Shown here: positions 13,482 through 27,860 of the stretch, in pieces
How the letters are laid out: each line of letters begins with the position of its first letter
Position numbering within the stretch: the stretch's first letter is position 1
Source: the human T2T-CHM13v2.0 reference genome, Homo sapiens
Strand: one strand, 5' to 3'
Length of the DNA stretch: 64,000 nt
NCBI RefSeq assembly: GCF_009914755.1
Contig: NC_060947.1
Notes under the pieces: generated by a model
Database searches by the model: none
What the model was told of the DNA's origin: nothing
The model's input: the letters and a program-made list of their open reading frames with translations, nothing else
Made by a program: the position numbers and the translations under genes

Positions 13482-13617
13482 CTTCACAGATGATGGCATC
13501 TCTAGATAAGGCAGGAATGCTCTCTCGACAAACATTGCAGTGCTGGGTCCGGTGGCTGTAACTGGAGTACCAACAATGCATTCCAACAAGAAAAGGGTTG
13601 TTTTCTGCTGCAGGTAT
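13482..13617 (-). CDS. DGKK: DGKK exon (inferred 5), C1a first half, 136 nt, phase 0/1
   Basis: ttttag|ATA...GAAG|gtacct; IPAAENNPFLVGMHCWYSSYSHRTQHCNVCRESIPALSRDAIICE. Confidence 0.95.
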
Positions 13618-13878
13618 CTAAAATAAATAAACGAGAAGAGAGAATGGAGGATGAATCACAGAGACGGATTAAAGAGGGCCTGAAAATCTGCTGCTAAGTC
13701 TAAAATGGCCTGCTGTATAGGTGTCAGAGCGTGTGAAGGGGAAGACTGAAAGTTGGAGCCAATACCTGGGACCTGGGATACTTTGTGTGCGTTTTTGTTT
13801 GTTTTGCCAGTCGTTTCAAAAAGAAAAATAATAGAGGGGCAGACCCTGGAATAGAAGCTGAAGGCAGGAGTAATTATC

Positions 13879-14139
<261 letters not shown>

Positions 14140-14958
14140 AGGAGTAATGATCTTTATACTGCTTGGCCAATCACTCTATTGTCTTAGTTCAAGCAAAAAT
14201 GTGTTGTCTTAGCCTTGGCCTTGGTTCTCTAGCCAGGGAATAAAGACAGGAGGTAAGGCTCTGACTCTGGGCTAGGGAATATTATAATAAGGCTTTAACT
14301 ACCTCCTGGAGGTATACACTTTCCTTCCTGGCTGCCAGGTGAGCAGAGCATTGCTTTACCTGGACGACAGTTTCATCTCAGGGGATTCTTTTAGGAATCC
14401 CTTGAGTATTCTTTTAGGAATACCACGCTCTGACTGCCTACAGCAGTTTCCTGATTAATCAGCTTAATTCATCCAATAATCCATTAAACAAATATTTACT
14501 GAGTAAATACTTTGTGCTTGGCACTTTTCAAAGCATTTGAGATATAGTGAACAAGACACAACCCCTGCCTACATGGAGTGGCATTCTTTTTGGTGTCCTC
14601 TTTCATGGTACTGAGTTTGACATTTTTTGTTAATGTGCCTTAACATTTTTTGTTAAATGCTGCATTTGTATTTCACAGCCTGACTTTCATGACTGTAGGG
14701 AAAGCAAGGGTATACCAGCAACAGTTTTGAGATTGAAAGAAGGGAAGGGTGAGCACCAAAAAAACTCCAAGGACTCTTACACCTTTTCACTAATTCCTGA
14801 GAATGTCTGATTTTCTCCTTCTCTGCCTTCCCCTGAAGTTCAGACATAGGCGTACACAGAGCTTTTCATTCTTGACATTATAATGAGTTGGGTGTGTAAA
14901 GGCATGACAAGACTTTAAAAAGAACTATATTTTCTTTCTGACATCAGTTGACAGTGGG

Positions 14959-14959
<1 letters not shown>

Positions 14960-14991
<32 letters not shown>
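14960..14991. repeat. (GA)n microsatellite
   Basis: direct reading. Confidence 0.95.
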
Positions 14992-14993
<2 letters not shown>

Positions 14994-16703
14994 AGCTACT
15001 GAGGGCTCTAGCACATTAAGTATTCATCCTTGATCAATTTACATGAATTAGATATCCAAGACATAGCCTGCACATTGCCCTCTCTGATCACTCCTTCCCA
15101 CTTCTGGCATGCTGGTTACGTGCTAAGCTACTGTTGATTTAACCTGGAACCTTCTGGAAGGGAAAGCTATTTTGATGAACTAAAGGCTCACATGTTCTGG
15201 GATTGCTTTGTGATTGTAATGTTTATTGTACATTAAGACACTGGAAAGCTCTAGGGTGATTAGAATAGAAGATGGAGAGTCCTGAGGGAGTGACATACTC
15301 TTGGCTTTGGCACTTTGAGCTCCTAGAACCTTTCTACTCCCCAAGTCACTAGATTGTAATTCTACAAGCATCTTTTTTTTCCCTCCCAGTCTCCTCTCCT
15401 CCAATAATTACTAAGAACCTATTATGTATCATCTACCATGGTAGGCACTGGAGATGCAGAGATGAATAAACCATAGTTGTTTCCCTCAAGGAATTTATAG
15501 TCTACTGGAGGAAACAAATTCTAAAACAGATCATTCCTGTATAGAGTGACAAGTGAAGCTCTTCTAGAATGTGCAAGGTTTCACAGGACTGCGTGGAAGA
15601 AATTCAGAGCTCTGCCTGGGTATAATATTAAATTTCATCATCTAAATTGCCTACAGAATACAAAGGAATAGGTAAAATGGACATTACTTAGGTTCAGCAG
15701 TTGAGGTGATGGAATTTATATTCCTTGTGTACATCCTATTCTGTAAGAAAAAGTTGATGCTTCCCACCCTGGATGAGTATGTGTGGCGATTGAACTGTGT
15801 CCCCTCAGAAATATGTTCAAGTCCTAACCCTTGGTACCTATGAATGTGACCTTACTTGGAAATAGGGGTTTAACCGATATAATCAAATTAAGATGAGGCC
15901 ATAATGGATTAGAACGGGCCCTAATCCAATGACTGGTATCCTTATAAGAAGAGAGGAATTTGGACACAGACAGGCACACACAAAGAGGAGAACACCTTGT
16001 AAAGATACAGAGCACACAGACACAGGGGAGAACACCAGGTGACAATGAAGGTGGAGATTGGAATGATGCATCTGCAAGCCAAAAAATGCCAAAGTTTGCC
16101 TGCAATCACCAGAAGCTAGGAGGAGGCAAAGAAAGATCCTTCCCTAGGGTCATCAGAGAAAGCATGGCTCTGCAGATACCTTAATTTGGGACTTCTAGAC
16201 TCTAAAACTGTGAGACAGCAAGTTGCTGTTGGTTTTAAGCCATCCAGTTTGTAGTTATTTTATTATGGCAGCCCTAGGAAACTAATACAGATTTTGGTAC
16301 TGGGAAATGGGGTGCTGCTGTAACAAATACCTAAAAATGTGGAAGTGGCTTTGGAACTGGGTAATGGGTAGACTAGAAGAATTTTGAGACACATGCTAGA
16401 AAAAGCCTAGATTGCCTTGAACTGAGTGTTTCTAAAAATATGAACATTAAAGGTGTTTCTGATGAGGCCTCATGTGAATATGTGGAACATATTGGAAACT
16501 AAAGGAAAGGTAATACTTTTATAAGGTAGCAGAGAACATGGCTGATTTTGCTCTACTGTTGGGTGGAAAGTAGACTTTGTGAGCAATAAACTTGAATATT
16601 TGACTGAGGAGATTTCCAAGCAAAGTATAAGAGGTGCATCTTGGTTTCTCTTTGCTGTTTATAGTAATATGTGATAGGGAAGTGATACACTGAGGAAAGA
16701 AAT

Positions 16704-17126
16704 TGTGTTAGTCTGCTCAGGCATCATAAAAAATAGCATAGACTGAGTGGTTTAAAAACAGAAATCTAATTTTCTCACAGTTTACAGCTGGAAAGTCCAA
16801 GATCAAGGTATCAATCAATTCAGTCCTTGGTGAGGGCTTCCTTCCTAGCTTGTAGAAGGCCACCTTCTCACTGTGTACTCTTGTGGTTTTTCCTCAACGT
16901 GTGCATGCAGAGAGAGAGAGAGAGAAGAAAGAAAGAGAGAGAGAGAGAGAACACCTCTTTCTTTTCCTCTTATTATAAGGCCACTAATCCTATCAGATTA
17001 GGTCCCCACCCTATGGCCACATTTAACCTTATTTGCCTCCTAAATGTCCTATCTCCAAAGTCACATTAGGGGTTAGGGCATCCACATATTAATTTGGGTG
17101 GAGGGCACACAATGCAGTCCATAACA
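16704..17126 (-). mobile_element. Solo MaLR LTR (MLT1A/MST-like) nested in opposite orientation
   Basis: tgtgttagtctgctcagg...cagtccataaca; 5-bp flanks gaaat / gaact; host sequence resumes afterwards. Confidence 0.8.
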
Positions 17127-17673
17127 GAACTATTAAGCAAAAAGTCACCAGAACTAGAAGATTTAGAAAATTCTCAGCCTATCCATATTGCAAAACCCAA
17201 GAAAGTGTGCCCTGCAGAGAACATCAAGGGTGTGTCTGGACAAACTTTTGCTGGAGAGATTAGATGTGGGACACCTGGCTCCGATTAACCACTTCAGCAG
17301 AACACTGTCAGATTGGACTGAACTTGGACTTAAGGGTACAGATATGGGATAAAATGAAGGAAGGTTGTCAGACTTCTGAGATTCTATAGGCATGAAACAC
17401 ACTGATAAAGCGACTCAGCTGTGAACATGTGTTATCCTTCAAGAAAATGGAAGAATGACTTCCAGGGGTAGCTCAGAGGCCAGCAAGGCTGCCGAGAGAG
17501 GCTCAGAGGCCAGAGATGCTGCTGTTGCCATCATAGGCCCAAAGAATGTGGGCCCAAGGGGCAGAGGCACTGCCTCCTTGGTTCCAGAGGGTGGAGTTGT
17601 CTCCTGGGTTCCAGAAGGTGGGGCTGTCTCCTTGGTTGTGCAGGGGCTTGTGGGGGGATTGACTCTCCAGTGA

Positions 17674-18158
<485 letters not shown>

Positions 18159-21100
18159 TCAACATTGTATTTTGGAAGCATATAGCTTGTTTTCTTGGTT
18201 TCACACGTCCATAGATGGAGAGGAATATTGCTGAGGATGGACCATACACAGAGTCTCATTCATACCTGATTTAGATTATTTACAAAATGATATTTTGGAC
18301 TTAGATTTAACGCTGGAATGTGCTATGGCTTTTGAAGAGGTTGAGATGACAGTGAATGTATTTTGCACATTGGAAGGACATGAATTTGGGGGGGACTAGA
18401 GGGTGGACTCTTGTGGATTGAATTGTATCCCCCTAAAGGATATGTTCAAGTCCTAACGTCCACTACCTGTGACTGTGATTCTATATGGAAGTAGGGTCTT
18501 TGAAGACATATTACATTTAAGATGAGATCATACTATATTATGGTGGGCCTCAATCCAATGACTGCTATCTTTATAAAAAGAGAAATTTGAACATAGGTAC
18601 ATACAGAGAGGAGAACACCATGTGAAGATACAGAGGGAACAGACACAGGGGAGAATACTATGTGATGATGAAGGCAGAGATTGGAGTGATGTGTCAGCAA
18701 ACTAAGGAACACGAAGAATTACCAGCAACCACCAGAAGCTAGGAAGAAGCCAAAAAAAAAAAAAAAATCCTCCCCTAAATCTTACAGAGAGATCATGGCC
18801 CTGTTGACATGTTGATTTCAGACTTCTAGCCTCCAGGACTCTGAGAAAATAAATTTCTGTTGCTTTCAGCCACAAAATTTGCAGTAATTTGTTACAGCAG
18901 CCTTAGGAAACTAGTACAGTATATCATTACAGGTCTTCTTACTTGTTGACACAGATTAAAAATCCATTCTGAAGACAGATTTAAAACTGTGGCATGTACA
19001 CAAACCACGGATCTCTAAATGCTAAAGAAAGTAGTTTTCTTTAAAGCTTTCAGTGTGTGGTTGTTGGGTTTTTGTGTTTGATTTTTACTCTCTGTAAAAT
19101 ACTTAGGTGAATACATTCATGCAGTCCATTGCTCCGATCGGATTCTTCATTTGCAATGGACTGAATGCTTGTGTACCCCCTTCATATCATATGTTGAAAT
19201 CCTAACCCTCTAGGTGATGGTATTAGGAGATGGGGCCTTTGGGAGGTGATTAGGTCATGAGATTGGAATCCTCATGAATCGAATTAGTGCCCTTATAAAA
19301 GAGACCCCAGAGACCCATCTCAGTCCCTTTTCCACCATATGAAGACACAAGAAGACAATTGTCTATGAACCAGGAAGTGGGTCTTCACCAGACACTGAGT
19401 CTGCCAGTGGCTTGATCTTGGACTCTCTGGCTTCCGGAAGTGTGAGAAATAATGTTTGCCGTTTTAAGCCACCTAGTCTGTGGAATTTTTTATAGCAGCC
19501 CAAACTGACTAAGACAGGAATTGGTACTGAGAAGTGAGGAGTACTGCTATAACAAATACTTAAAAATGTAGAAAAAACTTTGAAACTGGGTAATGGGTAG
19601 AGATTAGAAGAGTTTTGAGGTACATGCCAAGAAAGCCTAGATTGTTCTGAATAGAATTTTAAAGGAGATTTTGGTGAGAGCTCAGAAAGGGAAAAGGAGA
19701 GCTGTAGAGAAAGCTTCTATCTTCTTAGAGTATACCTGAGCAATCATGAACAGAATTTTGGTAGAAATGTGGACCGGCCAAGAACATGTTACTGGACAAT
19801 AAAGAAAAAGTGATTGTTGTTATAAAGTGGCAAAGAACTTGCCTGAATTGTGTTTGTATTCTAGTGTTTGATGGAAAGTAGAACTTGTGAATGATGAAAT
19901 TCGATATTTAGCTGAGGATATTTGGTTCCTCCTGACTGCTTATAGTAAAATGTAAGATAGAGAGTGACATCAACAAGATGGTGGAATAGGAGTTCTCCAG
20001 CTTCACTCCCTGCACTACAGAAATCCAACTGGCAACTATCCACAGGCAAGAATACCATTATGAATATCCCAGAACTTTGGAGTGAGGCTGAGACAACCCC
20101 CTTGGACCACAGAACTGAGAAAACCCAGGGTCAAATGGTAAGAGTAATGGTTCTCTTTGACTATGCCGCTTCCCCCTCAAGCTGGTGCAGTGCCTCAGAG
20201 AATTTCCCTGGAGTTATGGTTTCTAAGTGGGAAAAGAGAGTTGAAGGCAGATATTCAACTTCCTCACATTTCGGGACCCTTCAAAGGAAGTCCACTCCTG
20301 TCTTGTCCCACGGGAAACATTGGTAGTACCAGCAGGGCTAGGTCACTTGGGGTCAGTAAGAAACAAAAAATGGGGTGGGGCTCACAGTAATCAATGTATA
20401 GATCTTGGTGGCTGCTCTGTGTTCCTGCCAATGGAAGTGCCACATCAGAGGAGCTTGCCAATAGCACCATGCTGCAGGAAACATGGTCCACGGGTCTTCC
20501 AGGCTTGAATCCCTAGCTAGCTTCTTCAGACAACCTGGGTGCTCTGATTAACTCTTCCCCAGGCCAAGGGATAACTGTTAGGCCAGCGATTACCCATGGA
20601 GGAACAGCTGGCCCCATCCAACCCTAGTGTCAGAGAGGTGATCCAATAAATTCTGATGCTCATTGACAACAAAGCCAGACAAGGACACAACAAAAAAAGA
20701 AAACTACAGGCTAATATCCCTGACAAACACAGATGCAAAAATCCTCAATAAAATATTAGCAAACTGAATTTAAGAATACATAAAAAGAATCATTTACCAT
20801 GATCAAGTGGGATTTATCCCTGAGATAAAAAGATGATGCAACATACATAAATCAATAAGTGTGATTCACCATATCAACAAACGAAGAATTCAAATCACAT
20901 GATAATCTCAGTGATGCAGAAAAAGCATTTGACAAAATTCAAGACCCTTTCATGATTTAAAAAAGAAAAAAACCTCTCAACAGATTAGGTATAGAGGGAA
21001 TGTAACCAGCATAATAAAGGCCACATAACAAACTGATAGCTAGTATCATTCTAAATAGTAAAATGTTGAAAGCTTTTCCTCTAAAATCAGGGACAAGGAT

Positions 21101-21356
21101 GCCCACTCTCATCACTTCTTTTCAAATTCTGATAATTGTCATATGTAAAAACCAGAGCAATTAGGCAGGAGAAATAAATAAAAGATATCCTAATAGAAAA
21201 GAAACAAGTGAAATTGCCTCTAGTTGCTGATGACATGACCTTATATATTTAAAAAAACCTAAAGACTCTACCAAAAAACTGTTAGAACTGATAAACAAAT
21301 TCAGTAAAGTTGCAGGATATAAAATCAACATACAAAAATCAGTAGCATTTTATATA

Positions 21357-21593
21357 CAGGTTGAGTATCTCTTATCCAAAATGCCTGGGACCAAAAAGTG
21401 TTTCAGATTTCAGATTTTTTAGGATTTTGAGGTATTTGCATTATGCTTTCTTGTTGAGCATCCCAAATCCAAAAATCTGACATCTGAAATGCCCCAATGA
21501 GCATTTCTTTTAAGCATCATCTTGGTGCTAAAAAAGTTTTGGATTTTGGAGCAATTCGGGTTTGGGATTTTGAAATTTGCGATGCTCAACTTG
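21357..21593 (+). mobile_element. Tigger4a / MER46A-type MITE inside the L1
   Basis: TIRs caggttgagtatc / gatgctcaacttg, TA duplication, 237 bp. Confidence 0.88.
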
Positions 21594-22267
21594 TACCAAT
21601 AATGAACTATGTGAAAAGGAAATTAAGAAAACAATCCCACTTACAATAGCAACAAAAAAGAAAATACTTAGGCGTAAATTTAACCAAGGAAGTAAAAGAC
21701 CTGCATACTGAAAACTATAGAAGATCAATTAAAAAATGGAAGAAAACACAAATAAATGGAAAGATATGCTGTGTTCATGGATTGGAAGAATTAATTTTGT
21801 AAAAAATATTCATACCACCCAAAGCAATCTACAGATTCAATGCAATCCCTATCAAAATTCCAATGTCATTTTTTGAACACCTTTCCTCTAAGATCATCCA
21901 GTGTCATTTTTCACACAAATGGAAAAAAATCCTTAAATTTGTGTGGAACCACAAAAGACCCTGAATAGCTAAAACAATCTTCACCAAAAGAACAAAGCTG
22001 GAAGCATCACACTTGCTGATTTCAAAACATAGGTAAAGTGATTATAATTAAAACAGCATGGTACTGGCATAAAAACAGACACACTGACAAATGAAACAGG
22101 GTAGGAAACCCAGAAATAAACCCATGCATTTACAGTTAACTGACAAAAGTTGACTGACAGCTTTTGACAAAGTTTCCAAAAACACAAAATAGAGAAAGGA
22201 CAGTCTTTTCAATAAATGATGTTGGCTGGATATCCACATACAGGAGAACAAAATTAGACCCTTATAT

Positions 22268-22617
22268 GAGGGGTCCTGAACCTCTGAGCCATAGATTGGT
22301 ACCAGTCCATGGCCTATTAGGAACCAGGCCGCACAATAGGAAGTGACCAGTGGACAAGTGAGCATTACTGCCTGAGCTCTACCTCCTGTCAGATGAGCAG
22401 TGGCATTAGATTCTCATAGGAGTGAGAATCCTATTGTGAACTGCACACATGAGGGCTCTAGGTTGCACACTCCTTATGAGAATCTAACTAATGCCTGATG
22501 ATCTGAGGTGGAACAGTTTCATCCCGAAGCCCCCCTACCAACCCCCAACCACAGTCCATGGAAAAATTGTCTTCCATGGAAACTAATCCCTGGTGCCAAA
22601 AAGTTTGAAGACTGCTG
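22268..22617 (+). mobile_element. MER1B (hAT-Charlie) inside the L1
   Basis: gcattagattctcataggag...aggttgcacactccttatgagaatcta; 8-bp TSD ccttatat / ccttatac. Confidence 0.9.
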
Positions 22618-24693
22618 CCTTATACCGTATTAAAAAATCAATTCAAAGTGGGTTAAAGACTTAACTGTAAAAGCTGAAACTCTAGAACTACTGTGATAAC
22701 ACAAGGGAAAAAGCTCCCCAACATTGGTCTGGGCAAGGATGTTTTGGCTCTGACCCCCAAAGCACAGGCAACAAATGCAAAACTGGACAAATGAGATTAC
22801 ATCAAACTAAAAATCTTCTATACAGCAAAGGAAATAATTAACAAAGTGAAAAGACAACCCACAGAGTGGAAGAAAATATTTGCAAACCATACATCTGATA
22901 AGAGGATAATATCCAAAATATATAAGGAACTGTAACAACTCAATAGCAAGAAAACAGCCCAATTAAAAATGGCAAGAGACCTGAACAGATATTTCTCAAA
23001 AGAAGATATACAAATGGCCAATATGTACATGAAAAAATGCTCAATATCATTAATCATTAAGGAAGTGCAAATTAAAACCACATTGAGATACCACACCACA
23101 CCTGTTAGAATGGCTTTTTAACAAAAAAGATGAAAGATAATAAGTGTTGGAGAGGATGTGGAGAATAGGGAACTCTTAGGCACTGTTGGTAGGAATGTAA
23201 ATTAATATAGCCATTATGGAAAATGGTATAGGGGTTCCTCAAAAAACCTAAAAATAGAACAACCATATGATTCAGTAGTTCCATTTCTAGGTATATGTGA
23301 AAAGAAACTGAAATCATTCTGTCAAAGGGATATTTGCACTCCCAAGTTCATCGCAGCATTATTCACAATAGTCAAGCTATGGAAACAGCTTAAGTGTCCA
23401 TCAACAAATGAATGATTAAATAAAATGTGGTATATATACACAATGGAATGCTATTCAGCATTAAAGAAGCGGGGAATTCTATCACTGGTGACAACATGGG
23501 TGAATCTGGAGGACATTATGCTAAGTGAAATAAGCTAGCACAGAAAAACAAATACTGCATGATCTCATTTATATATGGAATCTGATAAAGTTGAACTCAA
23601 AGAAGTAGAGAATAGAATGGTGGTTGAGGGAGAGGAGGAGGGAATGGGGATATCAAAGGGTACAAAGTTTCAGATAGACAAGAGGAATGAATTTTGAGAT
23701 CTATTGTGCAGCAGGGTAACTATAGTCAATAACAATGAATTATATAGAGTATTTTTAAATAATTAAGAGAGTAAATTTCAAATATCTCACCATAAAAAAT
23801 GATAGGTAATCGGGGTGATGGATATGTTAATTAGCTTGATTTAATCATGCCACCTCGTATACATATGTGAAAACATCACATTTTACTCCATAAATCTGTG
23901 TAATTATGATTTGTCAATCAAAATTAATAATTTAAAAAATGAAACACAAATAAATAGCTCATTAATCAGTTTTATTTTGATTATAGTTAAAATTATAATA
24001 TTGTACATATATTTGGTTAATAAAATGTTATTAAAATGAAAAAATGTGAGAGGAGATAAATGAATTGAGGATGAAATTGTTAAGCAAAAATCCCATAGAA
24101 TTTAGAGATTTTGGAAAATTCTCAGTCTGTCCACATTACAAAAAATAAGAAAATATGTTTGAAAAGGTGTGAAAGACCCACTATTTGATAAGGAGATTAG
24201 TGTGGATGTCAATCACAGACTTAATTAGCTATCTCTACAAAAGCCAGCAATAGAGATGGGATTATAGTAGCAGAACCACTGTCAGCTGAGACTAAAGGAA
24301 ATTGAGAAAATGGGATGAAACAAAGAAGACCCTACAGGACTGGACCATAGAACTATTCGGATGTGAAGTTCTTCAAGACAAGTAAAGAATGATCCCAAAG
24401 GTGATTCAGAGATCAATAGAGCTGCCATCCCACCACAGGCCCAAAGTGCACAGTTCTAGGTGACAAGGCTGTCTCCACGTCAATTTCAAAGGGTGGAAAC
24501 CAATGCCCAGCAGAGCTGTGGGGATGGAAGAGTCCAGCAGAGCCCTGGGGACTTGCTTCTGTTCTAACAGAGAATCATGCCATGAATAGGGCCACTGTAG
24601 AGAGCCACAGCATTGGCACTGCCCTGCTGATCTGTGGGGGTGATGTTGCCACTCGTGTAGGTCTGGAAGGCAGAGCATTGAGCCAGAGGATTA

Positions 24694-25055
24694 CAGATGC
24701 TCCCAGTTTACTATGGGGTTACATCCTGATAAACCCAGTAAGTTCGAAATATTGTTAAGTAAAAAATGGACGTTTTGTAGACATGATGGGATGTAAAAAC
24801 ACAAAGTACAATATCTCCCAAAACTTTGGCAACACAGTGCACTGTAGAATATGGGTTGTTTACCCTCAAGATTGAGTGGCTCACTGGGAACTGTGGCTTG
24901 CTGCTGCTGCCCAGCACGGTACTGCCTATGACTACCTCAGGAAAAGATCAAAATTCAAAATTTTGAAGTACTGTTTCTACTAAATGTGTATTGCTTTTGC
25001 ACCATTGTAAAGTCAAAAAGCTGTGAGTCCACCATCGTAAGTTGGAGACCATCTG
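24694..25055 (+). mobile_element. MER47 / Tigger5-type MITE inside the MaLR internal region
   Basis: TIRs cagatgctccc / ggagaccatctg, TA duplication. Confidence 0.85.
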
Positions 25056-26100
25056 TATTCTCCAAACTTAAGATCTCATGGAGCTTGCCTTGCCAGGTTT
25101 TCGACTTGCCTGGGACCTGTCATTTCTTCCTTGTTTTCTATTTCTCCCTTTTAGAATGAGAATGTCTATCCCATGCCTAGTTCACCATTTCTATTTTGGA
25201 AGGACATAACTTGTTTGACTTCATAGGTTCACAGCTGGAAATAAATTTTGTCCAAGGCTGTCTCACCCATATCTGATGTAAATGATATTTAGATGATACT
25301 TTAGACTTTATAATTCATGTTGGAATGAGTTAAGACTTTTGGAATTTTTAGGTGAAATGAATGTATTTTACATGTGAGAAGGCCATTAATTTGGAGGTGT
25401 GCAGGGGCAGATGGCAATGCACTGAATGCATGCTCCCCACACGTTATAGGAAGTGATGGATCCCTCATGAATGAGATTAGCACTCTTATAAAAGGGACCC
25501 CAGAGAGTTTTCTTGCTCCTTTTTCTGCCATATGAGGATACAATCAGAAGACTCCCATCTATGAACCAAGAAGCAGCCCCTCACCAGACACTGAACCTGC
25601 CAGTACCTTGATCTTGGACTCTACAGCCTCCAGAAGTGTCAGAAAAACATGTTTGTTGCTTAAGCCACCTAGTCTATGGTATTTTTATTATGGCAGCCTG
25701 AACTAAGACATCACTGATGTAGGGCAGCTAAGGGTACTTTCTCCACCTCCTGAATTCCTTTCAGCATAATCGAGAAGTCATATATGTGTATTAATTATTT
25801 GTCTAGTAGTTAAATGAAAGCTTATTGACTCCAAAGCACTTTCCAAATGTGAGGATTTAGTAATATTAAGTGTTTGCAAAGTACATAAAAGTATCAGGTG
25901 AAATATCCCACAAAGCACAAAGTTGGCTACAGATATAATTCCATAAAGGAGCCTTTTTGGGGATGGCTTACATGATAAAATGTTGAGTTTAGATAAAACG
26001 AAGTCAGTGGTTTGTGCTTTAATGTGAACTAAACTGCTCAGTTCTATCAAGGTTTGGGGAATTACAGAAGAGTGTTAGGGCCTCCCAGGTTGGCCATTGG

Positions 26101-26223
26101 TAGGATGACCATGTTGTCCAAATTGGGCCACTTTCTACAGTGAAAGGGGAGCTGTTAATACTTATGCCGGGACAAGTGTAAACTGGGCTCAGCCTGAGCA
26201 AACCACTAGCCATGGACACACTA
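26101..26223 (+). mobile_element. MER81-like (hAT-Blackjack)
   Basis: taggatgacca...gtgaaaggggagctgttaat...atggacacacta. Confidence 0.7.
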
Positions 26224-26499
26224 TGCATGAGTTAGAGTCATTTTGCCACTTTGAATTTATTTGTTGATCTATACGATTCAGTTGTCTACCTTAGTATTCC
26301 TGCCCCATAATCACAAAGGGTGGAAATTAAAGGACAGAAAGAAGATAATTAGGAGGAATTTACGATATCCTCCTGAGAACTTAGATTAAAAATGAAAAGA
26401 ACTAAGATATTAATTTTGCCAGAATCAACTTATGATTTTAGGTAAGGCAACTGAACCTCTCTGAGGCTCAGTTTTCTCATCTGCTAAGTGAAATCTTGG

Positions 26500-26910
26500 A
26501 ATCATAAGCTTTTCAAGTTGAAAGGAATTTTGAAGTTCATCTAGTTTGCCCACTTGAAAAAAATCAATTTTCTGTACAACATCTGACAAGCAGTTGTTCA
26601 ATTTGTTTGTTTGTATTACTTCCAATGATAGGGAGTTGTCCACCTCAAGAGCCAGCTGATGTCATTCCTGCAGGTTACAGTGAATGTTGGAAAGTTATTT
26701 CAACTAGACCAAAGTTTCAGAAAAAAATTTCCAAGATTTAGAGCTTTAGGAACATTAGATGGACTTTTTTGCAAGAAACTTAGTTCTCTACCTTTGGAAG
26801 AGTTCAAATAAAGGCCACATGACTTACATCTCCAGATGCTCTAAAATCTAGTATCTGGAGTCCAGATAACTTTTAAGGTCTATTTCTGTTTCCACGGTCA
26901 ATGATTCCAT
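26500..26910. mobile_element. CR1/L3 3'-end fragments
   Basis: gttgaaaggaattttgaagttcatctagt; cttccaatgatagggagttgtccacctc; ctttggaagagttcaaataaagg. Confidence 0.55.
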
Positions 26911-27089
26911 GGCAATTCATTAGGAAGAGCTAACTTTTTAATCTAGTCTTCCAAGGAGCTCCTTATTTCTAACTTTCTCCTTTTATTCTTTCTTTAAATC
27001 CCCCAGGCTCACACCTTTCATCTGTCTGTGACTTTTCTATTTCATTTGCCTCTTTCTTATATTTAGGTTCTCCCCCACCCCTAACTCAG

Positions 27090-27860
27090 TATCCACACTT
27101 GTCCTCCCTTTCTATCCTCATTCTGGGGCTTAACACGGTCTTGCCATAATTAATCATAGCCTCTTCTCTGAACTTCTGGCCTCTAGTTTTTCCCTTGTCT
27201 AACCCATCCTGTATTTCTAAAGTATCCCTCTTATCAATTCTCTTCCCTTTTGAATCCATCCTGAGGCTTTACTTTGAACACATTGCAAATCTTCCCCACT
27301 CTTTATCCTGGCATTGAAAAATCTCCATGGTCAGGCCCCATCTACCTCTCAAGACATACTTCTTGGACTCACTTTCCTAAACTTTTCTGGTGAAATGAAT
27401 TCTCCCTTTCACTGTATTCCAAAAAGTTTCTGTTTTCCTGTTATTCAGCTTTTGCTTATACCAGTTCCATAGCCCAGGACCTCCCACTGCCCCTAATTCC
27501 CTGCCACCAATAAAATACAATCTATCTTTCAAGGTCAGTCTCAAATCTCTCCTCTGTTAACTCTTCCCAGAGGACTCCAGCCCATACTTATCTCTTTCTC
27601 CTCTGAACTCCCATACCACTTTATTGTCTGTTTCATTCATCTGGCAATCAATCATGCATTGCCTTGTAACATCTCTGAAAACTGTCATTTATCTTGGGTA
27701 CTGTCATTTAACTGTTTCTTTTGTTTCTGTGTATATAGCGTCTCCCTATTACCTACAAAGCTCATTGAGGCCTGGAGCAAGTATTGCATCTTTTTTTTCT
27801 ACTCTTTATGAAACAGAATTGGGCAACTAGTAGGGGATGGCTTATTAATGTGTACTGACT
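27090..27860 (+). mobile_element. L2 3' region
   Basis: pyrimidine-rich L2 motifs ggccccatctacctctc and tctatctttcaaggtcagtctcaaat. Confidence 0.65.

Larger units (their letters stand above)
19963..24040 (+). mobile_element. L1MA-like LINE-1: 5' UTR fragment joined to ORF2 RT region and 3' UTR
   Basis: gacatcaacaagatggtggaatagg 5' end; aaactacaggctaatatccctga and gatcaagtgggatttatcc ORF2 motifs; L1MA-type 3' UTR; degenerate TSD aaaatgt(a/g)aga. Confidence 0.88.
19152..25710 (+). mobile_element. Second two-LTR MaLR element (MLT1A-like LTRs 19152-19516 and 25412-25710), interrupted by L1 and a Tigger-type MITE
   Basis: LTRs end actaagaca; internal region starts ggaattggtact; flanks tcatt / tcact; the 3' LTR is shorter by an internal deletion. 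Confidence 0.87.

Noticed and set aside
17550-17645. About 30-bp tandem repeats with overlapping ORFs
   Set aside because: They lie in the repetitive part of the MLT1 internal region and show no sign of independent function.
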